Source: Octopus sinensis | Taxonomy: Eukaryota | NCBI RefSeq assembly: GCF_006345805.1 | Contig: NW_021833274.1 | Location: forward strand, 62,001 to 126,000 | Reading direction: 5' to 3' | DNA: 64,000 bases | Shown here: in pieces, positions 50,041 to 62,649 of the stretch | Numbering within the stretch: the first letter of the stretch is position 1 | Layout of the letters: each line of letters starts with the position of its first letter | Made by a program: the position numbers and the translations under genes | Notes under the pieces: generated by a model | Databases searched by the model: none | Seen by the model: only the letters and a program-made list of their open reading frames with translations | Told to the model about the DNA's origin: nothing

Positions 50041-51995
50041 AGGAACTAAGTCTTTGGGCCAGGAACTACGCCCGTTTCAGTTGGGCGTCGGTGTCCGCGG
50101 CGGCTGTGAAGCTGCTGTCCATGCCGCAAGAAAGTTTATTCCGCCTCGTCCGAAAGGCCGGATAACGCCTCTGTACTCGTGAAGCTAGACTTGACAAATG
50201 CCTTCAACAGTCTTCGTCGGGACTGTATTCTCGAAACTTGCTACCGCCGTGCTTCCTCAATTGCCCGCTTGGTATCTATGGCTTACTCCAAGCCAAGCCT
50301 TCTTATTGCGATGACCAAATCCTACATTCCAGCAACGGTGTTCAACAGGGCGACCCACTTGGCCCGTTGCTTTTTGCCCTGACGATCGATCCTGTTGTTC
50401 GGAACATCTCATCTCGTTTCAATGTATGGTACCTGGACGACGCTACTATCGGAGGTCCGGTAGCTTCTGTCCTTAAAGATTTGGAAAATCTGATCCCCTC
50501 CCTTAATTCTCTTGGCCTATCCATCAATCCGCTCAAATCCGAAATTGCCAATATTGGCTTTACCCCAGAAGATTTTACCTCTGTATTTAATACGTTCTCG
50601 AATGTCCTTCCAAATATCCGCAGGACCTTGATTGAAAATTTGAAAATCTTAGGGTCCCCTATATCTAATCTGGGTGTTGAATCATCCCTATATGCTAAAA
50701 CATCCTCGCTGGTGGCAAACATCCTCGCTGGTGGCAATTTCTAACAAACTAGCAAAAATCGATTCCCATTCCGGCCTGTTTTTCCTACGCAATTGTTTTG
50801 CAATTCCAAGCTTCTATTTATCCTCAGAAGTGCCCCATGTTTCTTTAACCTGAGGGCTCTCGAATCATTTGATTTTTCGCTTAAATCCAGCTTGGAGTCC
50901 ATTTGCAATATTACCCTCGATGAGATCGGTTGGCAACAGGCCATCCTTCCTATAAGCCATGGCGGTATTGGTATCCGATCATCTGTCGACCTTTCTATCC
51001 CGGCGTACTTATCTTCAGTTAATGCGACAAATGATCTGGTCCAGGAGATTCTCCAATCCGTAACCGAATCATCTATGGACACAGAGTCGGTCGCCGCAGA
51101 AAGTTGCTGGAAAGGGATGTCTCTGGAAATCCCGGAGAATACGCACGCCCAAGGCAATGGGACCGGATCCTTTGCGACCACAAGATAAACAGCCTCAAGC
51201 CGAAACTCAATCACATCGCTTGGCGTGCTTATTGGCCGCCTCGCAACCATACTCCGGTGCATGCTTACAGCAATCCCTATGGCGTCAATCGGCACCTAAT
51301 GGACAACGACTGTGTAGGATTTCCGTCTCTCTCCGCCTCGGACTTCCCATTTGCAAAACACAACCAGTGCCGCTGCGGTTTAAGAGTGGACCCTTATGGC
51401 CATCATCCCCTCTCCTGCTCACGTAGTGCCGGACGTTTCCCACGACACGCCGCCATCAACGACACCGTGAGCCGTGCCCTAACGACGGCGGGGTTTCCTA
51501 ATGAGCTCGAACCAGTCGGGCTCGACAGAGGCGACGGTAAGCGCCCGGATGGCATGACAATCTTCCCGTTTGAAAAGGGGAAATGCCTTATCTGGGACGC
51601 ACCTGCTCCGACACTTTCTCGCCAAGAATCTAATTGCCTCCGCTGCGGAACCGGGCTCAGTTGCAAAGCAGGCGGAACTAACAAAACAGAAGAAGTACCG
51701 GGTCCTGGCCATGAATCACCTATTCGCTGCAGTCGCGGTGGAAACCTCTGGAGTCATCGGTCCGCAGACGCTATCGTTTCTCCGTCGCCTTGGATCTAAG
51801 CTCGTGGTTGCCACGAAAGATCCCAACGAGTCGATCAGACTCTTTCAAAGGATCTCATTGGCCATCATGCGCGGGAATTGCCAGTCGATTCGCTGCGCAT
51901 TTTAACTCTTTTCGTTCATCTTAATAATAAAATGGTATGGTGTGTGTCTGTCTGTCTGTCTGTCTGTGTGTGCACACCAACTTCAAATTGGCAAT

Positions 51996-52880
51996 ACGAT
52001 GTCCTCGACTTACATGATGAGGTCCTTAAAACCTTCCCCCCAAAAAAATTAAAAAAAAATTTTCTGCATTTTGGTTAAAATGAACAACTACAATGTCCTC
52101 GACTTACATGATGAAGTCCTTAAAACCTTCCCCCCAAAAAAAATTAAAAAAAAATTTTCTGCATTGGTTAAAATGAACAACTACAATGTCCTCGACTTAC
52201 ATGATGAAGTCCTTAAAACCTTCCCCCCAAAAAAAATTAAAAAAAATTTTCTGCATTTTGGTTAAAATGAACAACTACGATGTCCTCGACTTACATGACG
52301 AGGTCCTTAAAACCTTCCCCCAAAAAAAATTAAAAAAAAATTTTCTGCATTTTGGTTAAAATGAACAACTACAATGTCCTCGACTTACATGATGAAGTCC
52401 TTAAAACCTTCCCCCCAAAAAAAATTAAAAAAAATTTTCTGCATTTTGGTTAAAATGAACAACTACAATGTCCGACTTACATGATGAAGTCCTTAAAACC
52501 TTCCCCCCAAAAAAATTAAACAAAAATTTTCTGCATTTTGGTTAAAATGAACAACTACAATGTCCTCGACTTACATGATGAAGTCCTTAAAACCTTCCCC
52601 CCAAAAAAATTAAAAAAAAATTTTCTGCATTTTGGTTAAAATGAACAACTACAATGTCCTCAACTTACATGATGAAGTCCTTAAAACCTTCCCCCCAAAA
52701 AAATTAAAAAAAAATTTTCTGCATTTTGGTTAAAATGAACAACTACAATGTCCTCGACTTACATGATGAAGTCCTTAAAACCTTCCCCCAAAAAATCAAA
52801 AAATTATTTTCTGCATTTTGATCAAAATTAACAACGCGAATGTCCTCGACATTCATGATGAGGTCCATTAAAACCTTCAA
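51996..52880 (+). repeat. Tandem satellite, unit 92-94 bp, about 9.4 copies
   Basis: The unit anchor gtcc(tc)gac recurs at 52001, 52095, 52188, 52282, 52376, 52470, 52562, 52656, 52750 and 52842. Confidence 0.97.
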
Positions 52881-53086
52881 GGCAAAATCTCACGTATTAA
52901 GAATATCCTTGATGAAAACGACAGCGAGAATATTAACAATGATGAACTCCCAATTATTCGCGATAAAGAAATTCAATTCATCCTATGTTTTTCTCTTTAA
53001 AATTAAATGCATATATCATTATCGACCATGAATCAAAATTAAAGCTATATCATATTTGACTTTGACAGAATGTGCAATCACAGATT

Positions 53087-53291
53087 GCACGACTTTGAAT
53101 AGAGTGTGCAATTAACAGATTTTGAAAAACCACTTTGATAGTTGAAACCACATTAGCACAATCATTAACACAATTTACCACCAATTGACGCACGACCTTG
53201 AATAGAGTGTGCAATTAACAGATTTTGAAAAACACTTTGATAGTTGAAACCACATTAGCACAACCATTAACACAATTTACCACCAATTGAC
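53087..53291 (+). repeat. Tandem duplication, about 103 bp x2
   Basis: gcacgac(t/c)ttgaatagagtgtgcaattaacag...ccaattgac starts at 53087 and 53190. Confidence 0.93.
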
Positions 53292-54451
53292 AGCGCAATC
53301 AGAAGAATTGCGTAAAAATATTAACTATTTACTTGAGTTTTTCGTAAAGATAGAATTTATTTTCGGTATGCCTCTTTTCCTAAACTTTTTTATTATTCAA
53401 AAATAATTTTTTAAATAGATAACCGAAGGAGGAAAAACGAAGCTGAAGAAAAAACGGTCAGCTTAATAAGGTAATTAATTAAATCTTTTTTGTGTGTCGC
53501 TTTCTTGCCTGCCGCATCTCCCCTGCCGCATTTCCGCCAGTAAAAAAAAAAAAAATAAAAAAGAAAAAAAAGGAAATTACAAAGGAAAAATGAAAAAATT
53601 AAATATAAAAAAAAATAAACCACAAAAAATGAAAAAAAAGTTTGCAATGACAATAAACAAGGCCCAGGGACAGTCATTAAAGGTAGTTGGGTTATTTTTA
53701 GAGAGTGAGTGCTTTTCACATGGACAGCTGTATGTGGGATGCTCGAGGGTAGGCAGAAGAGAAAATTTATTCATATATGCCAAGGAAGGACGGACGACAA
53801 ACATCGTTTATCAACAGGCGATAGAATAGGGTTACATTAAACCAGGTAGTTTTATACATCTACATAAACTTATAGTTGTTTGATGAAACAGGCCCTCCGC
53901 AGGAGCTAGGTCGCGGTGAGCGAAGCGAGCTGCCGAGCTAGTTAACAATAAGTTTGTCATTTAAAAAAAAAAAAAAAAATTTAATCCTTTTTCCTCAAAG
54001 AACAATTTCGGTCCTGTAAAAGGCAATACAATGCTTCGGCTCCTGGACTATTATTCCCTTTTGCATTTTTATAGTATAAATTAATGAAGATATCTTTGAT
54101 GTAAAATATCAGTAACCCTCTCTAAAAGTGACACGAAGTGTCCTAAATAAAATATTTTTTTCTTTTGAAAGAAAATTCGTCATTCTGTAGTGTTTTTTCT
54201 GTTCTTCGCTAAGATTCATCCACGTTCTAGTTGAGAGTGGAATTTATCAGTACGGAAATATTGGTTGAGTTCAGAATGTCGCAAAGTGCGTCAAAATTCG
54301 TGTTGGGATGACAGGAAGTGATAGCCTAGCTCGTCCGTCTGTACGCCGCATGGACCTAATGAAACATGCCGTTTATGAAACCTACGGCCGAATAAAAGCA
54401 AGGAAACTCGACACACTAGATTATATTCCCATCTTCACTTTGGATTTTATA

Positions 54452-54629
54452 CAGTGGGCGCAAAAAAACCGGTTTTCCAATTTCTCAAATTTTTTATATT
54501 GTACATGTCAATTTTTTTAATTTGTAATTCTCATAAAGTAAACTCTTATGCGTTTTTTTAATTATTGTTTTTATTTTTTCTAAGGGATACTTAGAATTTA
54601 AATTTACTACGCGCAAAAAAAACCGGCTG
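54452..54629. mobile_element. Possible short TA-flanked MITE
   Basis: ta|CAG...CTG|ta ends with gcgcaaaaaaa(a)ccgg near both ends as a direct repeat; true TIR poor. Confidence 0.3.
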
Positions 54630-55180
54630 TATTAATTATTTTTTAATAAATTATTTAAAGAGGTTTTGAATGTTACTTTTTATCTTGTAGTTTCCATTTC
54701 GTGGCTGTGACTACGATGCTGTTATAAAAGCAATACTTAATGAAGAACTAGATTATTTTTTACTCCAACTCCACTTCCCCGAGAAAGTAAATTTTGAAAC
54801 TATAAATATTTTGAAAACAGTAATGTCGATTTTATATTTTAGTTGTTCGTTTAGAATCCGAAAAAGCGTCTTGGTAGTTCGCGAAATGGAATTCCTGAGA
54901 TCATCGCCTATCCCTTTTTTATGGTACTCACATTTGCCAAGATAATTTTCATTATAGAACCTGGACATACAAGCTATTCGTACAAAAACCATATTAATGA
55001 TTCCGGGAAATACACCAACCACACGTGAGTGAACATACAGCTATCCACGCCTCTTTAAAATTAGTTTAACATTTATTTTTGGCATTTTTAATCTTATTTA
55101 TTTTTCTTTCAAAGCCTAGTCGATCAATAGTTTATTTTTTGAAATATATGTGACAGATACATTGATACTTTTAATTATTT

Positions 55181-58100
55181 GTTATGAATCTCCATTTGGG
55201 GCAGACCTCTGGCTTGGGGAACCTCTATTTTTGGGGAAACCCTATTTTTTGGGTAGTTTGAAAAGGATATAATTTTTTTTGCGGTAATTTCCAAATTAGA
55301 AATTACCGGAACCTCTAGTGGCACAGGATTTTAATTTATATACATATTTGCTATTAAAATTAAATTTCAATAAGTTTAATTTCTTGTGGTGTCGTGTATG
55401 TCTGTTTTCACCAGTCTGCAAGCAAATCCTGAGGGCTCTCTTACAAAAGATATTAGAGATAACCAACAACTATTGGTAAGAAGCAAGTCTTCGGGGCTAC
55501 ATGATCCCCATGAAATTTGTGGAAACTCTCCTACCGAACATGTCTCACCCCATCTAATCCCTCTTAAATCGGTGATCGGTGAGGAACACTCTAACGACAA
55601 AGTCAAATGGATTTCTGGTGTTGTGGAGTCAGCGAAGAGACGATTTGGCAGAATTCCTCGTGGGGATGGAGACTTATTGCCGAATGTTTCAACGTCCGCT
55701 TTCTCACTCAAAAGAGTGTCTCTGATGTGAAAAACTTACTGAATGTAAAGCCCTGCTCTAATGGCTGTGGCAGTCGAAATAATGTGGATACCTCAGATTA
55801 CTTATTGCCAAAGACAGAAATCTCCATTTATGGTAAATGCAAGGAAGAGTTTAATCTCCAAATTCAGGAACTTAAGTCAATCCCACGAAATGCGAGAATG
55901 CCCACAAAGAAGATTCCGTATAAATTGCTAAAGACTGATGTTCTTGTCGCAATTAATGCAGTGATTTCGAACTATATATTATCTTCTCCGCCTGCAAGCA
56001 TAAATGAAATCACGGATATAATTTATGCCGGGCAATGCTCATATGAAAACATTACGAGGCAACCCCTAACAAAAAGCACATGGCTTGAGGATACGGAAAG
56101 AAAGATTTCCAAACTTAGAGAAAATCTAACTTTCGTTAATAAGTTTAATGGCCAGCAATCTAAAGACGAAAAAGAGAAGACACTGAACATTTTATGCTCG
56201 TTTGGATACAAAAAATCCAGAAAGGGAGAGCTGGCACGCGTATCTAGTCTTATTGAAGATAGAGTCAAAATTATGGAGAAAAAAATCTCAACCTATCGCT
56301 CCAGAAAGTCGTTTAGACAAGATAATTTCTGTTTTGAACTAAACAGGAGAAGATTCTATCGAAGACTGAACTGTGAAAACAAAGATTCTGATTGTCAAGT
56401 CCCAGAAGATAAGTGTCTATCTTTCTGGAAGGGCGTATGGAAGAAAGAGGAGAACCGTGCTCCTAAAGCTATTGTTGGTAAGCATATTACTGGAGCTGAA
56501 CAGCTTCCAAGTGACGTGAAAACTGATTTTATCAAGAATGTTATCCAGTGTGTACCCAATTGGAAAGCCGCGGGTTGTGACGGAGTTTATGGATTTTTTA
56601 TCAAAAAGTTCGAAGCTCTTCATGGCCATTTGTGCGATGAGATCCTTAAAATTGTGAACGGAGGCTATTCCCCTGCTGAGTGGTTTTACACAGGAGTAAC
56701 ATACCTCATTCCAAAAAATGAAAAGTGCCATTCCCCAAATGACTTAAGGCCGATTACCTGCATGCCTATATTGTACAAACTTGTCACTAAATGTGTGAAT
56801 ACAAAGCTTACAGACTATATCGAAGCGTTTAACCTTATCTCGGATAATCAGCTGGGAGCTAGAAGGCAATGCCAAGGCGCAAAGGAACAAGCACTAATAA
56901 ACCAGTGTGTCAATAGTGAGTATGGAAATAACTTATTTGCAACGTGGATCGATGTCAGAAAGGCATTTGATTCTGTCAATCATGAATTCTTATGTCAAGT
57001 GCTTGATCAGTCTGGAATTCCGAATTGGATCACAAATTTTGTGAAAACTTTAATCAAAAATTGGAATGTCATTTTGACACTTAACAATAAGAGAATTGGA
57101 ACTGTAAAATTGGAAAGAGGAATCTTACAAGGAGACTCACTCTCTCCACAACTCTTCACTCTGGTAATGGATCCGTTAAGTAGGAGCTTGAATATGAAGT
57201 TCCCGAAGGTGCGTATAGGTCAAAATGACCCGTTCACGGTTTCATATTCAACAAACCATTTGTTGTTTATTGACGACCTGAAAATAATTGCTGAGAAAGA
57301 AGACACCGTTCTAAAAATGATGGAAGATGTCGATGAATATTTTGATGCCGTTGGCCTCAAGAGGAACTCGGAAAAGTCTGCGACTAACCTGGACTATGTG
57401 AAAGATACAAAATGTCTGGATGGGTGTGCTGGGTATCGATACCTGGGAGTCTTGGAGGATAGAGGAAGTGATGTCAAGAAAATCGAGGTAATGAAAACAA
57501 TTGCTCGAAACGTGAAAGAGAGAATCGAGAGTCTTGCAAAAACAAAGTTAAGTGCAGTAAACCTCTTTAAAGCGATAAACGAATATGCACTCTCTCTACA
57601 ACTACTATATCGGATTGATCGACATTGAACCGAGTGAGTTTGATGCCATTGATCTGGTAATTCGTCGCATTCTAACTACTTTACGAATCCATCTGAAGCC
57701 CGCTAATAAAGAAAGATTATATCTCGGCAGAAATGGTTTTGGAAGAGGCTTAATCTCAATTTCCAATAAGAGCGAATGCATCCTGCTCCAATTTCTCTCC
57801 GACCTTGAAAGAAAAGCCTCGTTGTGCCTCAGAAGAGCAGGAATCTTGCGGGTCTTGAGAGAAAAGAAAACACATATGACCACGATTGCAAGATTTCTCG
57901 CTCTCAAGTACAATCTGGAAGACCAATCAAAATTGGATGTAAACCTTATTAAGGAGTGCCAGAAGAAAAGACTAATGGACACCATTAAATCTAAGATGAT
58001 ACATTCAACGCTGTTTAAATGCATTCAGGAACCGAGTGCTGATATCGTGGAGTCCAATGTATGGCTAGCCAATGGGAACAATGGCCCAAAGGCCGAGGCA

Positions 58101-59709
58101 CTATATTGCTTGGCCCAGGATCGCAATTTGTTTTTCGGAGAGGCAAAGCCTAATTGTAACCATTGCGGCTCGGCAAGAAAAACCGTGGATCACCTAGCTA
58201 CTCGATGTAGCAGAATGCTTCACGGGTCATACATGCGAAGACACAATGAAATTGTCAGATGCATACATCTACACGTCTGTCGTCAGTACGGAATAAAGAA
58301 ATGCAAGAAATTGAAAGCACACTCAGTCCAGTCGGTCGTGGAAAATAGTCGTGTTGAAATACGAGTAGACATGACGTTGCAGACCGACATTGAAGTTAAA
58401 AACAACAAGCCAGACATTTTCGTGCTTGATAAAATGAAAAATGAGATAACGATAATCGAAGTCGGGGTCACATCCCAGGACAGGTTAAAGCAAGTCGAAG
58501 TAGAGAAACTCCACAAGTATGATCTACTTGCTGGAGAATTGGCACAGATTCACAAGGCAAAAGTCACGATAGTCCCTGTCGTATTGACATGGGATGGGGT
58601 AGTGACCAAGTTCTATAAGTCCTACATGAAAAAGTTGAATATAGAGGTCCCGACTAAGGCGTACATTCAATCAGTGACAATCAAGAAAACCCTGGAGAGC
58701 ATGGTCGTTGAATACAAACATGGCATGAAGGTCGACAACTACCAAATTGAGAAGGAAACGGATAGTCTTATCGCTAGAGGAGAAGAACTGGGAGTGTCAG
58801 TTGACTTGCCAGAGGAGTCTGCTTTCTTACTGCAATACGAAGAGGAGAGGTGTCAAGACATGACCGGTCAACGGAGTAGTTCCCCTAAGAGAAGAGAGAA
58901 TATCAATTAATTTTTAATTTTCGTTTAATTTTTGTAATTGTCTAACGAAAAAAAAAAAAAAATTAAAATTAAAATTAATTATATAAAATTTCATTGAAGC
59001 CTCGTGTAATTTTTGTATTCTTGTTGTTATGGCTCGTAAGCTTAGTCCTTGAGTTAAAGATCAAAATTGCCAAGGAATTAAGTGAAAATAAACATCTTAC
59101 TGAACGAGATATGAGATAGTACAAAATTAGTAAAGGTTTTTTATTAATGTAATTTTCAGGCGCTGTGTCACGTATTAAAAAAATTATCAAGGTGCGATCG
59201 GCAACAGATTCCTAGTTCAAATTTTTTAGTTAACAGTGAGAAAGAAAATTTGGACACGATAATTGCAGACGTAATTGCTGAAAATGAAGAAGAAAATAAT
59301 GATGAGTCAATATATGACCAAACTGAATGCAACTGTTCACACTTGGACACGATAACAGCAATGAATAACCTTGAAGAGAATATTCACCGTTTGTTTCCCG
59401 ATGCGTTAAAAGACTATTACAATTTCAGAAAAATATTGGGCATACATATGAAGAAATCTGCAACAGGAAACAAAATAACAGATTATTTTCGTGTAATAGA
59501 ATAACTCTAATTATCAATAAAATTAGTGGAAAACATGTTAAATGTTCTTAAAAATACTTATTTATTTTATTTTAATAAATAATGAAAAATATGCTAAAAC
59601 TATTAAAATTTTTATAAAAATAAAGAAAATTTCAGACCTCCATTTTTGGGGAAACCTCTATTTTTGGGGCAATTTTTCAAAATTGATGCCCCAAATGGAG
59701 GTTATACTG
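55181..59709 (+). mobile_element. Tigger/pogo derivative hosting the R4-like insertion
   Basis: Left ctccatttggggca matches the reverse complement of the right end tgccccaaatggaggttatactg|ta; repeated ggggaaacct motifs; acidic C-terminus ending ...KITDYF at 59250-59504. Confidence 0.75.
55365..58961 (+). mobile_element. Full-length R4/Dong-like retrotransposon with two frameshifts
   Basis: 12-bp TSD attaaaattaaa (55353-55364, 58962-58973) and poly(A). ORFs 55386-55730, 55607-57628 and 57585-58910 join into one N-terminal+RT+CCHC+RLE protein if one G is added in the gggg run near 55660 and one dinucleotide in ctctctct near 57590. Confidence 0.95.
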
Positions 59710-60491
59710 TATTTCCATAATTACGAATATAGTATCTCATTTTAAATACAAAATTAAAAAATATTTTTTGAGAATCTACATATAATTTCTTTAAATGGTA
59801 TGGTGGTACGATGGTATCTAAATTCCACTTTCGTCTGGCAGCTAAATTCCACTTTCGTAAGTTAGTAATTAAAAGCTACTTTTTGAAAATTAATATTAAA
59901 TTCTAGAAACGATAATTCATTTTTCCAATTTTTATATTATTTCCGATGTGATTTTTCACCAAAGCTTGCTTGATACCTATGATTTTCTAACCATCACTTA
60001 TCTTCATATTGTTTTTTTAGCAGATTCTTTGTAGTATTCATTGTTTGGTAATATGCAATAAAATTAAAGTGTTTAACTTCAGTTTGGTAGTATTTCAAAT
60101 GAAAAAATTGTAATAAAATTAAAAAAATCATTGTGATAATCGTGGAAAACACATGTTTAACACATTTTCATGAATTTATCAGAACGGAATGATTTTTAAT
60201 TGACAATATTTTTTAGCACTGTTAACATAAGAAGTTCAAAATTTATTTTTGCGGTTTTAAAAGCAAATTCTGAAAAAACCAATAAGTTCCAATCGAAGTG
60301 TTTAGAATCCGAATAAAAATTTCACTTTATAAAAATTTATATTCGAATGAATTTGGAAAAAAATAACTTCAAAATCAAAAAAATATCAAAACATACTTTA
60401 TTATGATTGTTTTATTTTTCTGAAATCATATTTAATGATTTGGGTAATTTAAGTGTTAAAATGCTATTTTACTTTTTATACATTTTTAATA

Positions 60492-60722
60492 AGAAAATTA
60501 ATAGTTAATCAGAAACTAAGCAGATCTCACTCCAGCTCGCTGATATCCACTCTCCTTCTCTTGGAAGAAGAGCCTACTTCCAGCTGCCTCTTACTCCCCA
60601 TTACCACAACTGATTCAACCATTGCATCTTCTTTAGCATTCATTGGGTCGTCTTCACCATTGCATGCCATCTCCACATACCGGTTGGAAGCAGAAGCGTA
60701 TTCTTCACCGGATACCTTCATT
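60492..60722 (-). mobile_element. 231-bp insertion, probably the extreme 3' end of an R4-like element
   Basis: 11-bp TSD catttttaata (60481-60491, 60723-60733); GC-rich; acidic ORF ending VESVVVMGSKRQ...SKRRR..., like the tails of the other copies. Confidence 0.6.
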
Positions 60723-62649
60723 CATTTTTAATATAAAATTGAGTTTACAATAATTATTTTTGTACTTTTACTAAAAAATATAATAGTGCTATTTTTAATG
60801 CTACTTTTTTAATACTAATTTAAATTGCATTTAATTCTGCATTGCTGAAGATGGCTTTTTATTTTGTTCTCTTTGTCTATCCGAAGTCAACTGTTCAAAA
60901 AAAATTTAGTCGTTTTTATCATCCGTTATACAAATTGAATAATGATTCAATCAAAAAATGTTTGAAACATTTAAAATTAACACTCTATCTGAATTTTCAT
61001 GCAGTTGTGTAATCGATGAACGATACATGTGACATGAAATAACTGAGGGTAAAGATTTTTAAGTATTTTGTCAGCTAAAACTTAAACATAATTTGATGCA
61101 TCTGAAATCACAAAAGGAAATTTTCCATTTGAACAAAATTATTTAGAAGTGCATTGTCGACTATCTGAGTAATGATGTTCTTTTTAGGAGCAGATTCTGT
61201 CAGTTTAAACTTTAAACGATATCAGATATGTTGAATTAACAATCCAATCCTTCAAAATGGCTTTAGCTTCGATTTGATACGATTTTGCTATCTTAATGTA
61301 TTATTAATAGCTAATTTAAAAAATTAAGAAATTATATCAAAAATTATAAAGTTAAAATAATTTTTTAACTTAGTTGTCACTAAATTTTAAAGTCTAATTA
61401 ACGAATGAAATTTTGAAAAAACTTTATCTGCTTTATAAAACCAAGATAAAAAATTCGGATATATTGGAGATCCTTATTTGGCTTCAATTTCAGGATTTTA
61501 TCCACATTATCTATTCACCTCGTCTTAATCAACTTGATTTTAAAATATCAATAAAATTTTATTCTTATAATAAATAATGGATTTTGACTTTTAGAACCAA
61601 AGCCAGGTTCAAGTGGAAATGCCATTTAAAATAATAAGAACTAAAAAGGTCTAATATTTTTTCGAGCCATATGGATAATTTGATGTCAGAATCAAAGTGT
61701 ATATAAATCAGTTAATCACAAAACAGTATTCATCATGGTCACCATATATAATTACTTATTGTACTAAATATTTAAAACTCGTCAGACAAATGCCTCATTA
61801 TAATCAAGTTTCATATTTTGATATATCATCATTCGAGATAACTAATTTTTTACTGGAACACAACAACAAAGAAACAAAGTTGTTAACCACGTTAATATTA
61901 GTTTATTTAGAAAAATAAAAAATTAAAGTTAAGAATTATTAGTTTTAAATTTAAAGTATTAAAAAATTTTGTAAAACACCACGAGTCTTATTTTTAAAAA
62001 TTCTATGTAAAGCCGGTGGTTTTAAAATATTTCTTTAAAACAGTTTTCATCAATTTTTAAAGATTTTTTAGTGAGAATTATTAAAATTGATTTTAGCTCA
62101 ACTGTCTGAAAAGGTCTAATAACAATAATTAAATACTTTATTTTTTAAAGAGTTTTAGTTTAATATAATTTTGAATGGTGTTACCGACTTGTCGCGTCAA
62201 TGCTTTCAATAACAAAAAGAAAGGCATATTTTTAAATAATATTGAACTAACTTGTTTTTGTAAGTTGCATACATTGTTCAAATTTTTATAACTGTCAATT
62301 TCTAGTACTTCAACAATTTTCTTCAGTTCCAGATTACTGCTTCATCTGAAAAAATCTAATAATCCTTCATATAAAAATATCAATAAATGGGAAAAGAATC
62401 GCAATCAAATGTAATGTTTCTAAAAAACTGGTAAACGAGAATGATGGGGTTTTTACAAAAAAATTATACTTTAAGTTCTAAACCGATAATTATTAGCATT
62501 TATATTTTATTTGTGGCAAATATAATATATAACAATCCAGTTTTTGGAATTTAGCTTCTACCTAAAATTCAGCTACAGAAAACTAGTTTAGTAAACTCAA
62601 ATCACAAAGCAGTTTTAATAAATTTAAAAAATATGCAAATAATCAGAAA

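Larger units (their letters stand above)
51919..53941 (+). mobile_element. Non-autonomous Helitron (2023 bp)
   Basis: Inserted between A and T with 5' TC and 3' CTAG; (GTCT)n at 51946-51966; GC-rich subterminal hairpin 53914-53935 with a GCGAAGC core; Pif1-type helicase C-terminus FAMTINKAQGQSL...FSHGQLYVGCSRV...TTNIVY at 53640-53829. Confidence 0.93.
50041..53979 (+). mobile_element. 5'-truncated CRE-clade retrotransposon (RT + RLE) with poly(A), interrupted by a Helitron at 51919-53941
   Basis: QLGVGVRGGCEAAVHA, KLDLTNAFN, GVQQGDPLGPLLF, WYLDD, LPISHGGIGIR, CRCG...H.LSC...RH..IN, GKRPDG, VAVET-like AAVAVET and QRISLAIMRGN; A17 at 53963-53979. Confidence 0.92.

Noticed and set aside
51996-52880. 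CRISPR-like array
   Set aside because: Units are near-identical over their full length with no unique spacers; the context is a eukaryotic Helitron with no cas genes.
53525-53640. Lysine-rich N-terminus of ORF 53494-53829
   Set aside because: A-rich low-complexity tract abutting the helicase fragment; likely decay or a low-quality read segment.
21539-58973. Sequence-specific targeting by the R4-like family
   Set aside because: TSDs atggttagccgag, attaaaattaaa and catttttaata share no motif, and no rRNA, SL or microsatellite target is visible.
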